DNA from: Bacteroidia bacterium
GTDB lineage: Bacteria; Bacteroidota; Bacteroidia; SpSt-205
DNA length: 64,000 nucleotides
Direction: 5' to 3'
NCBI GenBank assembly: GCA_026003215.1
Contig: BPGV01000001.1
Location: 1,303,089 to 1,367,088 of the forward strand
The notes under the pieces are model-generated. The model was not told where the DNA came from. It saw nothing but the letters and a program-made list of their open reading frames with translations, and ran no database searches. Numbering within the stretch: the stretch's first letter is position 1; each line of letters starts with the position of its first letter. The translations under genes were made by a program, and so were the position numbers. Positions 20,288-29,318 of the stretch are shown here, in pieces.

Positions 20288-21649
20288 TTAGATGGGTCTA
20301 TGCAGGTCCCACGCTTCTAAGAGGTCGGCCACCCGCCGCACAAAAGCCCCACCCAATGCCCCATCTATCACCCGATGGTCATATGAGTGCGAGAGAAACA
20401 TCTTGTGCCGTATCGCGATCACATCTCCAGCCGGGGTCTCTACTATATCGGGCTTCTTACGGATAGCTCCAGTGGCTAAGATGGCCACCTGAGGCTGTAA
20501 AATCACCGGGGTTCCCATGACATTGCCGAAGGTGCCTACGTTAGAGAGGGTATAAGTGCCGCCACTAATCTCATCGGGCTTGAGCTGGTTTGCGCGGGCT
20601 CGGCGCGAGAGGTCATTTACGGCAGCGGCAATCCCCGCCAGATTGAGCCTGTCGGCATGACGCACCACCGGCACAATAAGGTTATTGTTCGGAAGCGCTA
20701 CCGCCACCCCGATGTGAATGTCCCGCTTGAGCAGGATTTTATCTCCCTCCACAGAGGCGTTGAGCTGGGGATATTCTCGTAGCACCTTAGCTAAAATCTC
20801 CACAAACACATGGGTGAATGTAAGCTTCTCACCATACTTACGCTCAAACTCTTCCTTGACTTTTTCTCGCCAAAGTACGAGATGGGTTACATCTGCTTCT
20901 ACGAAGCTGGTCACATGGGGCGAGACATGCTTAGAATAGACCATATTTTCTGCGATGAGCTTGCGCATGCGGTCCATCTCCACGATATCGGCATTTTCGT
21001 GGGAAAACTTTTTCTTAGGCACGAGGATAAAGTGCTCTTGGAGGTAAGCGATAATCTCTTGGAGGGAGGTAGGCAGAGCTTCGGAGGTAAGTTGAGTGGA
21101 GGGCTGAGAAGAAACAGGGGCCTCAAGGGCAGGGGCTTTTGTCCTTTGGGCTAAGTAGGCCAGGAGATCTTGTTTCGTGACGCGTCCGCCTGCGCCAGAG
21201 CCGGGGATTTGGGCCAGTTCGGCCAGGGTGACGCCTTCTTGCTGAGCAATGGTACGCACCAGAGGAGAGTAGAAGCGGTCCCCATCGCGGGCAGGGATGC
21301 GCTGCGGCGTGGGAGAGCTACCGTTGGTAGGCACAGATGCCGACGGGGTCGGTACCGGCTGGGAAGGCGCTGGAGAGGCTTCGGCGGCTGACACCGCAGC
21401 AGGCGCAGCGACCCCCTCCGGCATAATAATCGCTAACACCGTCCCCACGGGAACCGTTTCGCCTTCCTTTACGCGAATCTCGGTGAGGACGCCGGCGGTA
21501 GGTGCGGGTACTTCAGAATCTACCTTATCTGTGGCTATTTCCAGGACAGGCTCATCGGCTTCTACGTGGTCGCCCGGCTTTTTAAGCCAGCGAATAACAC
21601 GGGCTTCGGTGACGCTCTCGCCCATCTTAGGGAGCACCAGCTCCGTCAT
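20288..21649 (-). CDS. Dihydrolipoamide acyltransferase E2 (branched-chain 2-oxoacid dehydrogenase type)
   Basis: Lipoyl ATDKVD, E3-binding GSGAGGRVTK, catalytic YDHRVIDG. Confidence 0.92.
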   Translation of the reverse strand: MTELVLPKMGESVTEARVIRWLKKPGDHVEADEPVLEIATDKVDSEVPAPTAGVLTEIRVKEGETVPVGTVLAIIMPEGVAAPAAVSAAEASPAPSQPVPTPSASVPTNGSSPTPQRIPARDGDRFYSPLVRTIAQQEGVTLAELAQIPGSGAGGRVTKQDLLAYLAQRTKAPALEAPVSSQPSTQLTSEALPTSLQEIIAYLQEHFILVPKKKFSHENADIVEMDRMRKLIAENMVYSKHVSPHVTSFVEADVTHLVLWREKVKEEFERKYGEKLTFTHVFVEILAKVLREYPQLNASVEGDKILLKRDIHIGVAVALPNNNLIVPVVRHADRLNLAGIAAAVNDLSRRARANQLKPDEISGGTYTLSNVGTFGNVMGTPVILQPQVAILATGAIRKKPDIVETPAGDVIAIRHKMFLSHSYDHRVIDGALGGAFVRRVADLLEAWDLHRPI

Positions 21650-21653
21650 AGCC

Positions 21654-21661
21654 CAAAGGTA
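21654..21661 (-). promoter_or_regulatory. -7 element of the E2 operon
   Basis: TACCTTTG, 4 nt before ATG 21649. Confidence 0.7.
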
Positions 21662-21669
21662 GGCAATCC

Positions 21670-23556
21670 TCAGGGCTTCTGAGCGCCCAGCCGCGCAGGC
21701 AGGGGGAGAAACACTTCCCCCTCCTTTTTGTCCGTGGGCACCAGCCTTACGCTATAAGTCCAGCGTAAGCACCGAGAGAAAACTTCTTTCCCTTCACATA
21801 CATACACCTCCAAGTAAGCGGTCGTAGGCTCGCTTAGCGCTGGCAGACTATCACTGAGTAGGAACCTTTTCTCCCCTATATAGAGGCGGGGAGGCATTTC
21901 CGTGTTGAGAAGGTAGCCTTCTGGCAGCTTGAGTTGGAGACGGAAAGGGCCCATGGGCACCTCTGTTGCCGGAAGTTCCACGGCCGAGTCGAAGAGGCTA
22001 TGGGTGCGCACCCGCTGGATTTGCAGCGCCGAAGCCGGGGACAGCTCTACGGTCTGTACTTGGTCGGTACGCGGGTCATATCGCCGCAAAAGGTGATTAT
22101 TGGTATCTACGATATACAAGTAGCCCTCTACCCACAGAAGGTCATTAGGCTCGTTGAGTTGGGCTTCGCGGGCAGGTCCGTCTTTGTATCCCCGTTGCCC
22201 TGTGCCCACAAGGGTAGTTACAGTTCCCTTAGTTAGGTCCAGCACCCGTATGGCGTGGTTATAGGTATCGGCTACATAGAGCTTGCCTTCGTGGTAGGTC
22301 AGGCCAATAGGGTGCTGAAGGAGCGCCTCGCCAAAGGTCCCATCCCGATACCCAAAATCAAATAGCCCCTTGCCTACCAGCGTACGCACCTGGTCTTTCT
22401 CCACAAAGCGTAGGGAAGAGGTTTCGCTATCTGCAAAGTAGAGCCTACCGTCTGGGCCGAGGGCGAGGCCGGAGGGCTGAGCTAAGGCCGCTACGAGGCG
22501 CGACCCATCCATGAGGTTTTCATAGCCCGAACCCGCAAAGACCCGCAAGTGCAGCATTTCTATGTCCATTTCCCAGAGCTGGTGAAAGCCCGCCATGGCA
22601 ATGTAAAGGGTACGTCCGTTGAGCGCTACATCCCAGGGAGAGTTGAGGGGCGTATGGGGGCCATGTCCCTCCCGCAGGAGGCGGCGCGCCTGCTGCCCTG
22701 TGCCTGCGAGGGTCTCTACCCGCTTTTCCCTCAGCCATACCCGCCGAATAAGGTGATTTTCAGTATCTGCCACATATAGGGCATCTTGCTCCGGATGGTA
22801 AGCCAAACCCTGCGGACGGAAAAACTCTGCCTCGGTGAAGCTTCCATCCTTCCACCCTTCATTGCCGCTTCCTATCACTTCTACGACCTGTCCCTCTAAG
22901 GTGATACCAATAATCCGGTTATGGTTGGAGTCGGTAAAGTACAGGTAGGGTTGCTTTTGACTAGGGCGGCGCACCACGGTGATTTTACCCGGAAAAGCCA
23001 GAAGCCCTGTAGCGCGGCTGTGCTTTTCTAATCGCCAGGGGATAGGCGATAGGGAAATCTCGGTTTGATAGGCTTTTATCCACTCCCGCAGGCGAGGCGC
23101 CAAAGCGTCGTAAATCCCCTCCCCCGAAGAGCGCCAGAGTACATCCCCCCTCGGACCAATCAACACGAAGGTGGGCCAAGCATGCGCATCGTACAGCTGC
23201 CACACCCGATATCCTTCATCTACCAGCACAGGATGTTCAATGTCATAACGGAGGATAGCCGAACGTATATTTTCTATATCGCTTTCGTTGTCAAACTTAG
23301 CCGAGTGCACGCCAATCACCAAGAGCTCTGGGAACTCCTTTTCGAGTTTTTTGAGCTCAGGGAGTACATGCATACAGTTTATGCAGCAGTAAGTCCAAAA
23401 GTCTAAAAGCACAAACCGCCCTTTCAGGTCTGTATGAAGCGAAAGGGGTCGGCTTACATTCAGCCAGCGCAAACCCGCTGGAAAGTCCGGTGCTCTGCGT
23501 CCTACCATAGGTTGGCACTTTGCCAGTAAGAAACAAAACAACGGCAAGTATCGCAT
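21670..23556 (-). CDS. Thioredoxin-like + NHL-repeat protein (NHLRC2/SOQ1-like)
   Basis: DFWTYCCINC, GVHSAKF, repeated LYVADT.NH.IR NHL blades. Confidence 0.85.
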   Translation of the reverse strand: MRYLPLFCFLLAKCQPMVGRRAPDFPAGLRWLNVSRPLSLHTDLKGRFVLLDFWTYCCINCMHVLPELKKLEKEFPELLVIGVHSAKFDNESDIENIRSAILRYDIEHPVLVDEGYRVWQLYDAHAWPTFVLIGPRGDVLWRSSGEGIYDALAPRLREWIKAYQTEISLSPIPWRLEKHSRATGLLAFPGKITVVRRPSQKQPYLYFTDSNHNRIIGITLEGQVVEVIGSGNEGWKDGSFTEAEFFRPQGLAYHPEQDALYVADTENHLIRRVWLREKRVETLAGTGQQARRLLREGHGPHTPLNSPWDVALNGRTLYIAMAGFHQLWEMDIEMLHLRVFAGSGYENLMDGSRLVAALAQPSGLALGPDGRLYFADSETSSLRFVEKDQVRTLVGKGLFDFGYRDGTFGEALLQHPIGLTYHEGKLYVADTYNHAIRVLDLTKGTVTTLVGTGQRGYKDGPAREAQLNEPNDLLWVEGYLYIVDTNNHLLRRYDPRTDQVQTVELSPASALQIQRVRTHSLFDSAVELPATEVPMGPFRLQLKLPEGYLLNTEMPPRLYIGEKRFLLSDSLPALSEPTTAYLEVYVCEGKEVFSRCLRWTYSVRLVPTDKKEGEVFLPLPARLGAQKP

Positions 23557-23585
23557 ATATGAGCAAAACATTTTGTCTAAACGCT

Positions 23586-23593
23586 TACCTTTG
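23586..23593 (+). promoter_or_regulatory. -7 element
   Basis: TACCTTTG, 4 nt before ATG 23598. Confidence 0.7.
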
Positions 23594-23597
23594 GCTC

Positions 23598-25589
23598 ATG
23601 CGCTATCTACTTACTTGTCTGGCCATAGTAGTGGCCTGGAGCCAGCCCGCTAATGTGGGCGGAGATGGCTGCGGATATCGGTGGTACACGCACTTAGCCG
23701 GGGTAGTGGATTCCACCCCTACTTATAGCTGGATAGACCCCACTTCGCTGACAAATCCTCAACAAGTAAGCGGCTTAGGCGACGACAACTTTGTAGGGCC
23801 GATTTCGCTACCTTTTGCCTTTGCCTACTACTGGAATACCTACACCAAAATCTATGTGGGCTCCAATGGGTATATAACTTTTGGGCGAGGCTTCACTGTG
23901 GCTTCTGGAGCCGCCCCTTACTTTAACTCCTTCCCTAACAGCGCCTCCCCCAATGAGTGGATCGGCGTCTATGTAGCTGACCTTACTTTTACAGATGATG
24001 CCGGTAATCCCGTCCCTGGTGCTAAGCTTATCTACGGCACCGATGCTCAAGGACGGTTTGTTATCACCTGGGACAGTGTGCCCTATTGGACAGATGAAGT
24101 GCCCAGCCATTGGCGGGGACGCAATTCCTTCCAACTCATATTAGACCCATCCGACTCTTCTATCACCCTCCAATACAAATACATAGACACAGGCTATGAC
24201 GGCACTTACGCCAGTGGCAACTTTAATGTAGTAGGCATGGAGAACATTACCGGTCAATCGGGTCTCAACATTGCTGCCGCATGGCCTGTGCCCTTCCAAG
24301 ACTATGCTATCAAAATATGGCATCCCGGCACCTTCTCTTGTATAGCCACCGATGTACAGGCTGACTGGTCCCTCACCGAACGGGGGGAGGGTATCTTAGT
24401 CCTAAAAAATGGTGTACCTCCTGCCCTGCAAGCAGGCGTGCTCAACGCCGGCAATCAAGACATTACTACGCAGCAAGTACGCTCCATACTCCGCATCCAA
24501 GGGCCTGGTGGCAGTGCCACCACCATATACAGCGATACTGTCTTTATCCAACCGCCATTTAGCGCTGGTGCTGCTTTTATTGCCACCTATACTAAGCCCT
24601 TCAGTACAAACCAGAGTACCCCCACCAATCTTACCACAGGAAGCTACAGGGCCAATCACATAGTGACCCTTATGGGAGGCGGCGATGGATTTGCAGGCAA
24701 TAACCAATACCAAGCCGAACTGGTCGTATGTGACAGCGCTACCAGTGGAACCAACCGGGGACGCTACCTCCTCCGGTACGATGACGGGAGTTGGGACCCC
24801 AATACAGATGACCTTGGGGGTGCAAGCTTTGCCAACGGCATGACCTTTGTAGCGCCCCAAGATCTTGTAGTAGAAGCCCTCTCAGTGGATATGATTTATG
24901 AAGAGAGTGGCGCAAATAACTATCCCCTCTCGCTCTGGGTATATGCCTATGATCCGGCCAGTGGGAGCGTTGGGACCCTGCTGGACTCGGTGGGGATTGA
25001 TGTGCTGGACTTCGCTAATGGGGATTCGCTCAATGCCTTCGTTGGCCAAAACAATGCTATTTTCAAGCTTCGCCGCTATACGGTCCCCTTGACTCAGCCT
25101 ATCTCCCTCAGTGCTGGACAAGGACTCGCTGTGGGCTTTTTGACCCAAGCCCCCCCATCAGCTACGAGCATAGGAAACACTGTCGTAGGCGATGCATCGC
25201 TCCCTATCTCTCGGCGAGCCTTAGAAGGAATAGCCGGTATATGGGCCCCTTATCGGGATGCCGAAAGCGTGGATTATGCGGTAGGATTAGTCGCTCGGCT
25301 GCCCCAAACTACTACCACCCCCACAGCCACCACACAACCGACATGGGACTTTACGCTCTTTCCTAACCCCGCCTACGAGCCCCCTATCCTACGCTTCACC
25401 TTGCCCAAGGCAGGGCCTGTGGCCCTCCGTATTGTAGATATAACAGGCCGTACCGTGTGGAAATCTATCCTCACTGTGCCCACCGGCGGCTATAAAATGT
25501 CCCTGCCGATTACGCTGCCCAGTGGCACCTACTTTGTCGGCGCCACCTACGAAAGCTTCACCAAGGGCGTGCGCTTAGTCATCCCTTGA
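23598..25589 (+). CDS. T9SS type A sorting-domain protein with nidogen-like N-terminal domain
   Basis: Signal peptide ending AWSQ; DDNFVGPISLPF.F.YY...Y..SNG.ITFG; CTD LFPNPA...DITGR...LPSGTYFV. Confidence 0.8.
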   Translation: MRYLLTCLAIVVAWSQPANVGGDGCGYRWYTHLAGVVDSTPTYSWIDPTSLTNPQQVSGLGDDNFVGPISLPFAFAYYWNTYTKIYVGSNGYITFGRGFTVASGAAPYFNSFPNSASPNEWIGVYVADLTFTDDAGNPVPGAKLIYGTDAQGRFVITWDSVPYWTDEVPSHWRGRNSFQLILDPSDSSITLQYKYIDTGYDGTYASGNFNVVGMENITGQSGLNIAAAWPVPFQDYAIKIWHPGTFSCIATDVQADWSLTERGEGILVLKNGVPPALQAGVLNAGNQDITTQQVRSILRIQGPGGSATTIYSDTVFIQPPFSAGAAFIATYTKPFSTNQSTPTNLTTGSYRANHIVTLMGGGDGFAGNNQYQAELVVCDSATSGTNRGRYLLRYDDGSWDPNTDDLGGASFANGMTFVAPQDLVVEALSVDMIYEESGANNYPLSLWVYAYDPASGSVGTLLDSVGIDVLDFANGDSLNAFVGQNNAIFKLRRYTVPLTQPISLSAGQGLAVGFLTQAPPSATSIGNTVVGDASLPISRRALEGIAGIWAPYRDAESVDYAVGLVARLPQTTTTPTATTQPTWDFTLFPNPAYEPPILRFTLPKAGPVALRIVDITGRTVWKSILTVPTGGYKMSLPITLPSGTYFVGATYESFTKGVRLVIP

Positions 25590-25612
25590 CCCTAAACCCA
25601 GCTCTCCTACTC

Positions 25613-25649
25613 GGGGGTAAGCTTTGAAGCTTACCCCCTTTTCTTTTTT
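25613..25649 (+). terminator. Intrinsic terminator
   Basis: GGGGGTAAGCT-TTGA-AGCTTACCCCC then TTTTCTTTTTT. Confidence 0.85.
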
Positions 25650-25662
25650 ACCCTCTCATTAT

Positions 25663-25684
25663 TGCAACACAAGTTGCACCTTTG
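25663..25684 (+). promoter_or_regulatory. Inverted repeat operator candidate overlapping a variant -7 element
   Basis: TGCAAC-N4-GTTGCA (25663-25678) overlapping CACCTTTG (25677-25684). Confidence 0.45.
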
Positions 25685-25688
25685 CGGC

Positions 25689-26444
25689 ATGGAACTGTTC
25701 ACAGGTCTGTTGGTAGGCATAGTCGGTGGGCTGCTCAGTGGTCTTACCGGCGTAGGAGGGGCCATAGTGATGATTCCCCTCCTTACCTTAGGGCTGGGAT
25801 TAGATCACCATACAGCGCAGGGTACCACCCTAATGGCGTTTTCTTTTCCCGTTTTAGGGCTGGCTGCCTGGCGCTACTGGAAGGCCGGCCGGGTACTTCC
25901 TCGTCTTTCGCTTGCGTTGGCCATAGGCATGGCCATAGCCAGCTTCCTGAGTGGCCGCCTGGTCCAAAACCTCCCCACACCTATCCTCCAAAAAGTTTTT
26001 GCCGCCTTTTTGCTAATAGCCACCTTATACCTTTTATGGCGAAACTTCTTTGCCCAGACCCGTGAGGTTGCACGCCTCCCGCGTCAACCCCTCTTTTGGT
26101 GGGGGGTTTTAGGCGGGCTTATCACAGGCGCCCTGAGTGGTCTCACCGGCTTGGGGGGCGGCATTATCATGGTGCCGTATATGGTGTATATCCTGCGCTT
26201 GGACCAACATACGGCGCAGGGAACCAGCCTCATGACTCTTTCCTTCCCAGTGCTCATCTTTGCTGCGTGGCCTTACTTCACGGCGGGGCGTGTGGCCCTC
26301 CAAATAGGAGCCGGATTAGCCATAGGCATGATAGCCGCCAGCTTTCTGACAGCAACCTTTGCGCAAAAAATTCAGTCGCGCCGCCTCGCCCAGGGCTTCT
26401 CGCTCCTGCTTTTAGCTGTGAGCCTCCTGTACTTTTTCCGCTAA
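25689..26444 (+). CDS. TauE/SafE (TSUP) family membrane transporter
   Basis: GLTGVGGA..MIP and GLTGLGGG..MVP; HTAQGT(T/S)L occurs twice; about 8 TM segments. Confidence 0.88.
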   Translation: MELFTGLLVGIVGGLLSGLTGVGGAIVMIPLLTLGLGLDHHTAQGTTLMAFSFPVLGLAAWRYWKAGRVLPRLSLALAIGMAIASFLSGRLVQNLPTPILQKVFAAFLLIATLYLLWRNFFAQTREVARLPRQPLFWWGVLGGLITGALSGLTGLGGGIIMVPYMVYILRLDQHTAQGTSLMTLSFPVLIFAAWPYFTAGRVALQIGAGLAIGMIAASFLTATFAQKIQSRRLAQGFSLLLLAVSLLYFFR

Positions 26445-26485
26445 GCCTCTGGCGGGGGTTCAGCGCCTTTCGCCGAGAGCATCCG

Positions 26486-28846
26486 ATTTGGCGCGCGCTC
26501 TGGTGGGTTTTCAGCGCCTCCCCCTTTATAGCCCCTGGGCAAAATGCCGTCCTCCGATTGCGTATAGTTAGTGCTGAAAATGCCCCTCTCCCCCATGCCC
26601 AGGTGTTTTTACCCGCCCAGAATGCCTCCTATACCGCTGACTCCATAGGACGCCTCACCCTTACGCTGCCAGCTGGACGCTACCGCTTGCGCATCTCCCA
26701 TGTGAATGCTTATCCCGTAGAGACAGAAGTTACCCTCCAAGCGTACGCGACCACGCCCTTGACCATCTCACTGCCCCTGCGCGAACTCTCCACTGACTCG
26801 ATAGCTATTCGGGACCAGCGGCCGCCGCCTACTGCGCTGCCCAATGCCCCTTTCTTGCAGCCTATCCCAATTCGTACAGAGGCGCTACGCTTTATGCCGT
26901 CCGTCAAGCCCGACATTGAAAGTCGGCTGGCCCTCATGGGCGCCCTCACCTCCAGCGAACTCTCCTCCCAATACCGCGTACGCGGCGGAAACTTTGATGA
27001 AAACCTGGTCTATGCCGGCGAAATAGAGATATACCGCCCTTTCTCTGCCCGCAGCGGTCAGCAAGAAGGGCTCGGCTTCACCAATCCCCTCCTCTTAGAA
27101 GAAGTCCATTTCAGCACAGGGGGCTTTGAAGCGCGCTATGGCGATAAGCTCTCCTCCGTCCTCCAAGTGACTTACAAGCGCCGAGAAAAAACCGAAAGCA
27201 CCATGGAGGCGGGGCTTCTCACCCAAAGCTTTGCCATCAGTGGGAAGGCCGGCACCATATATTATACGCTGGGAGCTCGGCGTTTTGCCATAGGCTATCT
27301 TTTGCGGACGCTTCCTGTCCAAGGCCAATACCGTCCTATATTTTACGATGGGCAGGCGTACCTCTGCTGGATCCGGCGGGATAGCACGGGCAGGGAAGTA
27401 TGGCGGGCCGAACTCTTAGGCATAGGCCTTTTGAATCGCTATCGCCTCTTTCCCCAAACTGGAGAAGCGACCTTCGGCCTCATCAATGCGGCTTTACGCG
27501 TGCAGTTGTACTTCCAAGGGGCCGAGGAACTGCGCTACCGCACAGGGCAGACCGCTTTTTCGCTCACTTGGCGCCCTACCCCTTATCTGCGCCTTAGCCA
27601 CCAGATTAGCTATTTTGTCAGCTTAGAAGACGAAGTAGTAGAGGTAGAGGGCGCCTACCTCCTGGGCGAAGTTCAAACAGGCTTGGGGAGCCAGCTGTAT
27701 AACGAAATTGTGGTGCTACGCGGAGCCGGCAGCCAAATCCGCCACATCCGCAACTACCTGGATATCTACACCCTATACGCTGAACAGCGTGGGGAATGGT
27801 TCTGGGACAAGCTCCTACGTCATCGGCTCCTGTGGGGTCTGCGACTCCAAGTAGAACGTTTCACCGATAGAGTCTATGAGTGGAGCGCCTTAGACTCGGC
27901 CGACTATGTGCGCATGGATGAGCGCTACTTCTGGAATCAAGGCTTACAAAACTACCGCCTCATGGGTTTTGTGCAGCAGGGCCTGCGGTGGGGGCCCTGG
28001 CGCATAGAAGCCGGCTTGCGTACCCACTTCGCCTATAATAATCGTCAGTGGCTTTTTAGCCCACGGCTCCAGGTGCTCTACCAACCCTCCGAAAAGCTCC
28101 AATATCGGTTAGGGGTAGGGCATTATGCGCAGCCGCCCTTTTACCGAGAGCTACGGGATATTTCTTACAAGCTCATTCCTACGCTGCGTGCCCAGCAAAG
28201 CCTCCAGCTGGTGGTAGGCGCCGACTATCGCTTCCAGCTGTGGAGCCGGCCTTTTAGGTACTTCGTAGAGTTGTACTACAAGCACCTCTGGGACCTCATA
28301 CCATACGAGATTGAGAATGTGCGCATTCGGTATTACGGGACAAATGCCGCCCGCGGCTATGCCTACGGCTTAGACATGCGCTTGAATGGGGAGTTTCTCG
28401 CGGGGGTAGACTCGTGGTTTGCCGTGGGCTTACTCTCTACCAAAGAGTACCTGCCAGGGATAGGCTGGATGCGGCGCCCCAGTGACCAGCGGGTTAGTTT
28501 TGCCTTTTACCTTCAAGATGAGCTGCCCACAAACCCCTTGTACAAGGTTACGCTACAGTTTGTCTTTGCCTCAGGACCGCCATTTGGGGTGCCCCGGCGC
28601 ATAGCCGCTCGTACGGTTTTCCAGATGCCTTTTTACAATCGGGTGGACTTGGGGCTGAGCCGGTTTTTCCCGATAGACCGCAAATATCTCAAGTCGTTAT
28701 GGATCGGGATAGATGTTTTCAATCTTTTTCAGCGCTACAATGTCGTGAGCTACCAGTGGATAGCGGATGTATATGGGATTCGGTGGGCGGTACCCAACTA
28801 CCTTTCGGCTCGGCTGGTGAATCTGCGGGTGATTGGGGAGTTTTGA
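26486..28846 (+). CDS. TonB-dependent receptor-like outer membrane beta-barrel (start uncertain)
   Basis: Carboxypeptidase-regulatory-like N-domain, plug SELSSQYRVRGGNFDENLVY, GGFEARYGDKLSSVL, C-terminal Phe. Confidence 0.8.
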   Translation: MWRALWWVFSASPFIAPGQNAVLRLRIVSAENAPLPHAQVFLPAQNASYTADSIGRLTLTLPAGRYRLRISHVNAYPVETEVTLQAYATTPLTISLPLRELSTDSIAIRDQRPPPTALPNAPFLQPIPIRTEALRFMPSVKPDIESRLALMGALTSSELSSQYRVRGGNFDENLVYAGEIEIYRPFSARSGQQEGLGFTNPLLLEEVHFSTGGFEARYGDKLSSVLQVTYKRREKTESTMEAGLLTQSFAISGKAGTIYYTLGARRFAIGYLLRTLPVQGQYRPIFYDGQAYLCWIRRDSTGREVWRAELLGIGLLNRYRLFPQTGEATFGLINAALRVQLYFQGAEELRYRTGQTAFSLTWRPTPYLRLSHQISYFVSLEDEVVEVEGAYLLGEVQTGLGSQLYNEIVVLRGAGSQIRHIRNYLDIYTLYAEQRGEWFWDKLLRHRLLWGLRLQVERFTDRVYEWSALDSADYVRMDERYFWNQGLQNYRLMGFVQQGLRWGPWRIEAGLRTHFAYNNRQWLFSPRLQVLYQPSEKLQYRLGVGHYAQPPFYRELRDISYKLIPTLRAQQSLQLVVGADYRFQLWSRPFRYFVELYYKHLWDLIPYEIENVRIRYYGTNAARGYAYGLDMRLNGEFLAGVDSWFAVGLLSTKEYLPGIGWMRRPSDQRVSFAFYLQDELPTNPLYKVTLQFVFASGPPFGVPRRIAARTVFQMPFYNRVDLGLSRFFPIDRKYLKSLWIGIDVFNLFQRYNVVSYQWIADVYGIRWAVPNYLSARLVNLRVIGEF

Positions 28847-29316
28847 AGGGAAGCGCCGGCAATAGCGATGGCGATAGCATCGGTGATATGGAGATTGTCT
28901 GGCAGCTGATACGGTGGCAAGAGGTAATGCTGGAGCATAGCGGCCAGCTGTTCTTTGGAGGCATGGGCTCGACCTGTCACGGCTTTTTTTACCTGTACGG
29001 CGGCGAGGGCGACGGGGGCAGGTCGTCCCAGGCTAAGCAAAAGCCCCCAGAGGAGGCCCTTTGCGGTGCCCAGCATCAGCGCACTGCGCACACTTTTTCC
29101 TACGAAAGGCTCTTCCATCCAAACGACACTCTCCTGGGGGGTGGCCATGAGCTGGTCCGCAAGCCAACGATGAAGGTCTGTTAGCCGCTCTTCCAAAGGT
29201 CGGCTGCCCAGCGCTAAGCCCACGGCCTTTTCTAAGTAAAAGGTGGTGCTTCCTTCTACTTTGAGCAGCGCAAAGCCTACCTCCTGCGCCCCCAAGTCAA
29301 TCCCTATATGCCACAT
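28798..29316 (-). CDS. ruvC: Holliday junction endonuclease RuvC
   Basis: GIDLG, MEEPF, VKKAVTG..HASKEQ, TDAIAIA. Confidence 0.85.
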   Translation of the reverse strand: MWHIGIDLGAQEVGFALLKVEGSTTFYLEKAVGLALGSRPLEERLTDLHRWLADQLMATPQESVVWMEEPFVGKSVRSALMLGTAKGLLWGLLLSLGRPAPVALAAVQVKKAVTGRAHASKEQLAAMLQHYLLPPYQLPDNLHITDAIAIAIAGASLQNSPITRRFTSRAER

Positions 29317-29318
29317 GA

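Noticed and set aside
28850-28900. His in place of the third acidic residue of RuvC (LHITD)
   Set aside because: A His at this position is known in active RuvC such as Thermus thermophilus.
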